DNA from: an uncultured Planctomycetia bacterium
Lineage (GTDB): Bacteria > Omnitrophota > Gorgyraeia > Tantalellales > Tantalellaceae
Direction of reading: 5' to 3'
DNA: 64,000 nucleotides
Assembly (NCBI GenBank): GCA_964527765.1
Contig: CAZGQR010000003.1
Coordinates: 6,156-70,155, forward strand
Positions within the stretch are counted from its first letter, which is position 1, and each line of letters starts with the position of its first letter. The notes beneath the pieces are model-generated. The model had not been told where the DNA came from. It was given only the letters and a program-made list of their open reading frames with translations, and did not search any database. Positions 60,570-64,000 of the stretch are shown here, piece after piece. Position numbers and translations under genes: made by a program.

Positions 60570-61519
60570 TTCTGTTTCTTCCCGTTCACCGTTCCGAACC
60601 GTCTGGGTCTGGCGACCCTGTCTATAATGGGCGTGAACGCATTCATGAAAAGGATCGAATACATTACACCCTCGGGAAGCCCGCCCCATATCCTTATTGT
60701 CATCGTTATCAGCCCGCATCCCGCGCCGAAGATCCATCGCCCTTTAGCCGTCACGGGTGACGTTACCGGATCGGTGGCCATGAATGTCGCGCCTATAAGA
60801 AGGCCTCCCGCGAGAACATAAAACAGCGGTGTCATGACCTTGTCCGGGTTAACGATGTGCATGATGCCCGCGAAAACGATCACGGTCCCGATATAAGCTG
60901 CCGGTATCCTGTAATCTATTATCTTGCGGTAAAGAAGGTACCCCAGGCCCAGCAGCAGGGCCAGGGCCGATGTCTCCCCCAGGGACCCGCCCACGTTCCC
61001 CAAAAACATATGCAGGTAGGGCGTAACGCCGTGTTCGAACTTAGCCAGGCCAAGGGGCGTTGCCGTAGTCACGGCATCCAGGGTGATCGGCTGTATCCAC
61101 GTGGTAAGAGCCACCGGGAAGGCGGCCATAAGAAAGGCTCTTGCCAGGAGTGCCGGGTTGAATATATTGAACCCAAGCCCGCCGAAGACCTCTTTGCCCA
61201 GGGCAATGGCGAAAATACCCCCGAGAGCGGCCATCCACAAAGGCAGCGAAGGCGGCAGGACAAACGCCAGTAAAAGGCCGGTTACGACCGCGCTGAGGTC
61301 CCCGATCTTTACCTGTCTGTTCCGCAACCTCTGGAGCGCGTATTCGGTCGCAACGCAGCTCGTGACCGTAACGAGGATAAGCCCGAAGGCGCGCCACCTG
61401 AAAAAATACAAACTGGCCAGAATAACCGGTGTCAATGCCTTGATGACGCCCTCCATCATATAACGGGTGTCCATAGGCGATAAAACATGGGGGGAAACGT
61501 TTATCGTCAGCCTTTTCAT
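60566..61519 (-). CDS. rnfD: Rnf complex subunit D
   Basis: FGGLGFNIFNPA, TTATPL (FMN Thr), GETS, FMATDPVTSP. Confidence 0.95.
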   Translation of the reverse strand: MKRLTINVSPHVLSPMDTRYMMEGVIKALTPVILASLYFFRWRAFGLILVTVTSCVATEYALQRLRNRQVKIGDLSAVVTGLLLAFVLPPSLPLWMAALGGIFAIALGKEVFGGLGFNIFNPALLARAFLMAAFPVALTTWIQPITLDAVTTATPLGLAKFEHGVTPYLHMFLGNVGGSLGETSALALLLGLGYLLYRKIIDYRIPAAYIGTVIVFAGIMHIVNPDKVMTPLFYVLAGGLLIGATFMATDPVTSPVTAKGRWIFGAGCGLITMTIRIWGGLPEGVMYSILFMNAFTPIIDRVARPRRFGTVNGKKQK

Positions 61520-62847
61520 GTTTTATTCCCGGCCGTTAGCGCGGCCTTCCCTTCCTTTATATACTGGACAAGCGGTATCCTTGCCGGGCAGGAATAGGCG
61601 CAGGCGCCGCATTCCATACAGTCGGCAACGCACAATTTTTCCATTCTGTCCCAGTAGCCTTTCTTTACGTTTTTCGCTATTTCAGTCGGGACAAGGTTGA
61701 CCGGGCACACATCCACGCACTTGGCGCACCTGATGCACTGGCTTTCTTCAAAATCCCTTGCCTGCTGTTCCGATAAAAACAGTATCCCCGACGTGTTCTT
61801 CAGGACGGGTGTATCCGCGTGCGGCTGAGCAAAGCCCATCATCGGGCCGCCGACGATCACCTTCTTCGGGCTTCTGTAAAGTTCCACGCCATACTGTTCG
61901 ATAATGTCGCTGATAGTAGCGCCCACTCTGACAAGGTAATTGCCGGGCCTGTTCAGACAATCGCCCGAAATGGTCACGATCCTTTCAATGAGGGGTTTAT
62001 TGAAATATACCGCTTCATAGATCGCGTGAACGGTTCCCACATTCTGCACGAGAAACCCTATATCCAGGGGAAGTTTGCCCGGCGGGACTTCACGCCCCGA
62101 AACCGCTGTCAGGATCTGCTTTTCGCCTCCCTGGGGATACTTCGTTCTGAGGGGTATTATGCGGATGCGCGACAGGTCCCTGTGCGTGGTATCTTTTATC
62201 GCCTTTTGGAAAGCAAAAAGCGCTGCTTTCTTATTGTCCTCGATCGCTATGTACGTGTTCTTCGGCTGAAGCATTCTGATAACAAGCTCGATGCCTCTAA
62301 GGATCTCCTGTGTCTTCCGGGTCATCAACACATGGTCACAAGTAAGATAAGGTTCGCATTCCGCGCCGTTGATGACCAGGGTTTCTATTTTCTTCCCCTT
62401 CGGAACGGTAAGTTTGACATGAGTCGGAAAGGCGGCTCCTCCCATCCCCACGATCCCGGCGCTCTTCACCTTCTCGATAAGTTCCTGCGGAGAAAGGCCC
62501 TCTATGTCCTGCTTGACGTATTTTTTCGGTCCTTTCTCTTTATCTTTTTCGATAAAGACGGATAACGTGGGGCCCAGGCTGAAATGAAACGCCTTTTTCA
62601 CGTCAATGACCTTGCCGTAGACCGGAGAATGCACGGGGCTTGAGATAAAGCTGGAGCTTGTCCCCAGGGCCTGCCCTTCCTCTACCTGATCCCCCTTTTT
62701 TACGAGGGGCTCGTTGGGAGCTCCGATATGCTGAGATAAAGGAATGACCGCTATATGCGGAAGGGGCGCCTCTCTGAGAGGTTCCCGAACGCTGATATCC
62801 TTGTGATATTGGGGGTGAACGCCTCCCCGGAAACTTAAAGACTTCAT
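61516..62847 (-). CDS. rnfC: Rnf complex subunit C
   Basis: QHIGAP, GMGGAAFPT, NGAECEPYLT, GGPMMG, CIRCAKC, CMECGAC. Confidence 0.96.
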   Translation of the reverse strand: MKSLSFRGGVHPQYHKDISVREPLREAPLPHIAVIPLSQHIGAPNEPLVKKGDQVEEGQALGTSSSFISSPVHSPVYGKVIDVKKAFHFSLGPTLSVFIEKDKEKGPKKYVKQDIEGLSPQELIEKVKSAGIVGMGGAAFPTHVKLTVPKGKKIETLVINGAECEPYLTCDHVLMTRKTQEILRGIELVIRMLQPKNTYIAIEDNKKAALFAFQKAIKDTTHRDLSRIRIIPLRTKYPQGGEKQILTAVSGREVPPGKLPLDIGFLVQNVGTVHAIYEAVYFNKPLIERIVTISGDCLNRPGNYLVRVGATISDIIEQYGVELYRSPKKVIVGGPMMGFAQPHADTPVLKNTSGILFLSEQQARDFEESQCIRCAKCVDVCPVNLVPTEIAKNVKKGYWDRMEKLCVADCMECGACAYSCPARIPLVQYIKEGKAALTAGNKT

Positions 62848-62888
62848 ATTTTTATCCCGTCCGGTCTGTGGAACCCCGGTGAATTTTC

Positions 62889-62973
62889 ATTATACATGCT
62901 GGAAGTTGTTTGTCAATTGCGACGTGGTCTGCCGATTTCTCTGGTTGAAATAAACGCTCTTTCATTATATAAT
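62889..62973. promoter_or_regulatory. Divergent sigma70 promoters for rnfC (minus) and the small Cys-rich gene (plus)
   Basis: Minus: TTGACA(62916-62911)-16-TATAAT(62894-62889). Plus: TTGAAA(62945-62950)-17-TATAAT(62968-62973). Confidence 0.65.
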
Positions 62974-63012
62974 TATTGCGTTGACTTTTAGTGATAACGG
63001 AAGAAAATCCTC

Positions 63013-63207
63013 ATGGCCAAGAAAAAAACCAAAAAACTGCATTGCTGCGAAAAGTGCCAGAACTACTGGAGCTGCGAAACCAAATGGTACAGGGGCGAAC
63101 ATAATCAGGAGAACATATGCTGCGAGCTCTGCAATTTCTATGAAACCTGCTGGAACCCGGCCCTCAAGACCTCCGGGACAAGAAGCCAGAAAACCTTCAA
63201 ATCTTAA
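63013..63207 (+). CDS. Small Cys-rich protein (64 aa), putative metal-binding
   Basis: Own promoter, purine-rich SD, two CCxxCxxxxxC motifs; fills the gap between rnfC and the MFS gene. Confidence 0.7.
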   Translation: MAKKKTKKLHCCEKCQNYWSCETKWYRGEHNQENICCELCNFYETCWNPALKTSGTRSQKTFKS

Positions 63208-64000
63208 TCGGGAAACCTTCCCGCCGGGCCATTGCCTGCCCTGCCACGCCGACAACCGTAAAAACAATGCCGCTGGCGAGCAATATCGTCAGACCGGTCA
63301 AATATTTGGAAAGATACGCCGTAAGGGCCATGAAAACAAGGAACGCCAGATGCACAACGGCTTCCATGGAACTGAAAATACGGCCCCTGACCTTATCCGG
63401 CACCAGGGTGTGGATCAGGGTATTTGCGCAGATCAATATCGGCGCGGATACCACGCCGATCGCCATTATCAGCACCCCTCCGACGATAAATAGCGGGCTA
63501 TTACCGGCATAGATCGCGAAAAGGCCGACCGTGATCCCGCAAAGGGCCAGACTGGTGAACATTGCGCGTATTTTTGAAAAATTCTGTCCGAACTTTCCGT
63601 ACAGCATCGTTCCCAGGAACAGTCCCGCACCGATAAAGACGCCGAAAAGCCCGAGATCCACAGTGACCGATCCGAACTTTTCCTGGACAAAAACAATAAT
63701 GATGCAGAAAACGGCTCCCGCCCCGGCCATGAGAAGGAACAATACGCTTGTCACCGCTTTCATTTTGTCCTTTTTGAGCATGTACCCGAACCCCTCACCT
63801 ATCTCTCTCCAAAGGTTCCTTCTTATGGACCTTCCGATTATTTCCCTGGTCACATGGATATCCTTCCTGACGTTCGCGATCTCTTTTTTCGGCGTTATAA
63901 CGGCAATGAGGGCCGCGGAGACAAAATAACTTATACTGTCCAGGTAGAACCCCCACATGTGTCCGATCCATTTTATAATGAACCCCGCCAGCGCGAACCC
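63197..64000 (-). CDS. MFS transporter (5' end beyond window)
   Basis: Multiple TM helices, LIHTLVPDKVRGRIFS motif; frame open to the window edge. Confidence 0.88.
   Translation of the reverse strand, partial: GFALAGFIIKWIGHMWGFYLDSISYFVSAALIAVITPKKEIANVRKDIHVTREIIGRSIRRNLWREIGEGFGYMLKKDKMKAVTSVLFLLMAGAGAVFCIIIVFVQEKFGSVTVDLGLFGVFIGAGLFLGTMLYGKFGQNFSKIRAMFTSLALCGITVGLFAIYAGNSPLFIVGGVLIMAIGVVSAPILICANTLIHTLVPDKVRGRIFSSMEAVVHLAFLVFMALTAYLSKYLTGLTILLASGIVFTVVGVAGQAMARREGFPIKI

Noticed and set aside
60570-60737. Extended starts in the ORF track for rnfG (also hisG, purB, purN, cyclo-ligase, dehydrogenase, rrf2)
   Set aside because: The extensions overlap upstream genes or leaders; family homology and RBS position favour the downstream starts used.

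Overview
Chromosomal segment from a diderm, probably anaerobic bacterium. The gene content (Rnf complex, RNase Y, SpoVG with a zinc ribbon, bamA-skp-lpxC-fabZ-lpxI, a giant signal-peptide protein) suggests the PVC superphylum, most plausibly Candidatus Omnitrophota; this is inferred, not verified. Most of the window is housekeeping genes on the minus strand: dxs/xseAB/rny, an Isc-like Fe-S operon, lipid A and outer-membrane genes, dnaB-rplI-rpsR-ssb-rpsF, pth-rplY-prs-glmU-tRNA-Gln-spoVG-ispE, split transketolase, hisG, nrdR-glyA-rpiB, purBMDE, eno, purN and rnfCDGEAB. The standout is an 11.1-kb gene (43020-54134, 3704 aa) next to tRNA-fMet. It has a Sec-type signal peptide but is a chain of domains that normally act in the cytoplasm: two methyltransferase-like, three RsbT-like HATPase, two winged-HTH, a protein kinase-like, a sigma70-like, a GNAT, a CCA/poly(A) polymerase-like and a malonyl-CoA-decarboxylase-like domain. 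It reads like a multi-effector polyprotein aimed at another prokaryote. Also found: two nested palindromic GTCCC/GGGGAC elements sharing one architecture, an unlisted 31-aa bS22-like ribosomal protein gene, a 64-aa 8-Cys microprotein with its own promoter, an IscR-type operator, and a rearranged lipid A cluster lacking lpxA and lpxD. All assignments come from motif recognition by eye, and domain boundaries inside the giant gene are approximate.
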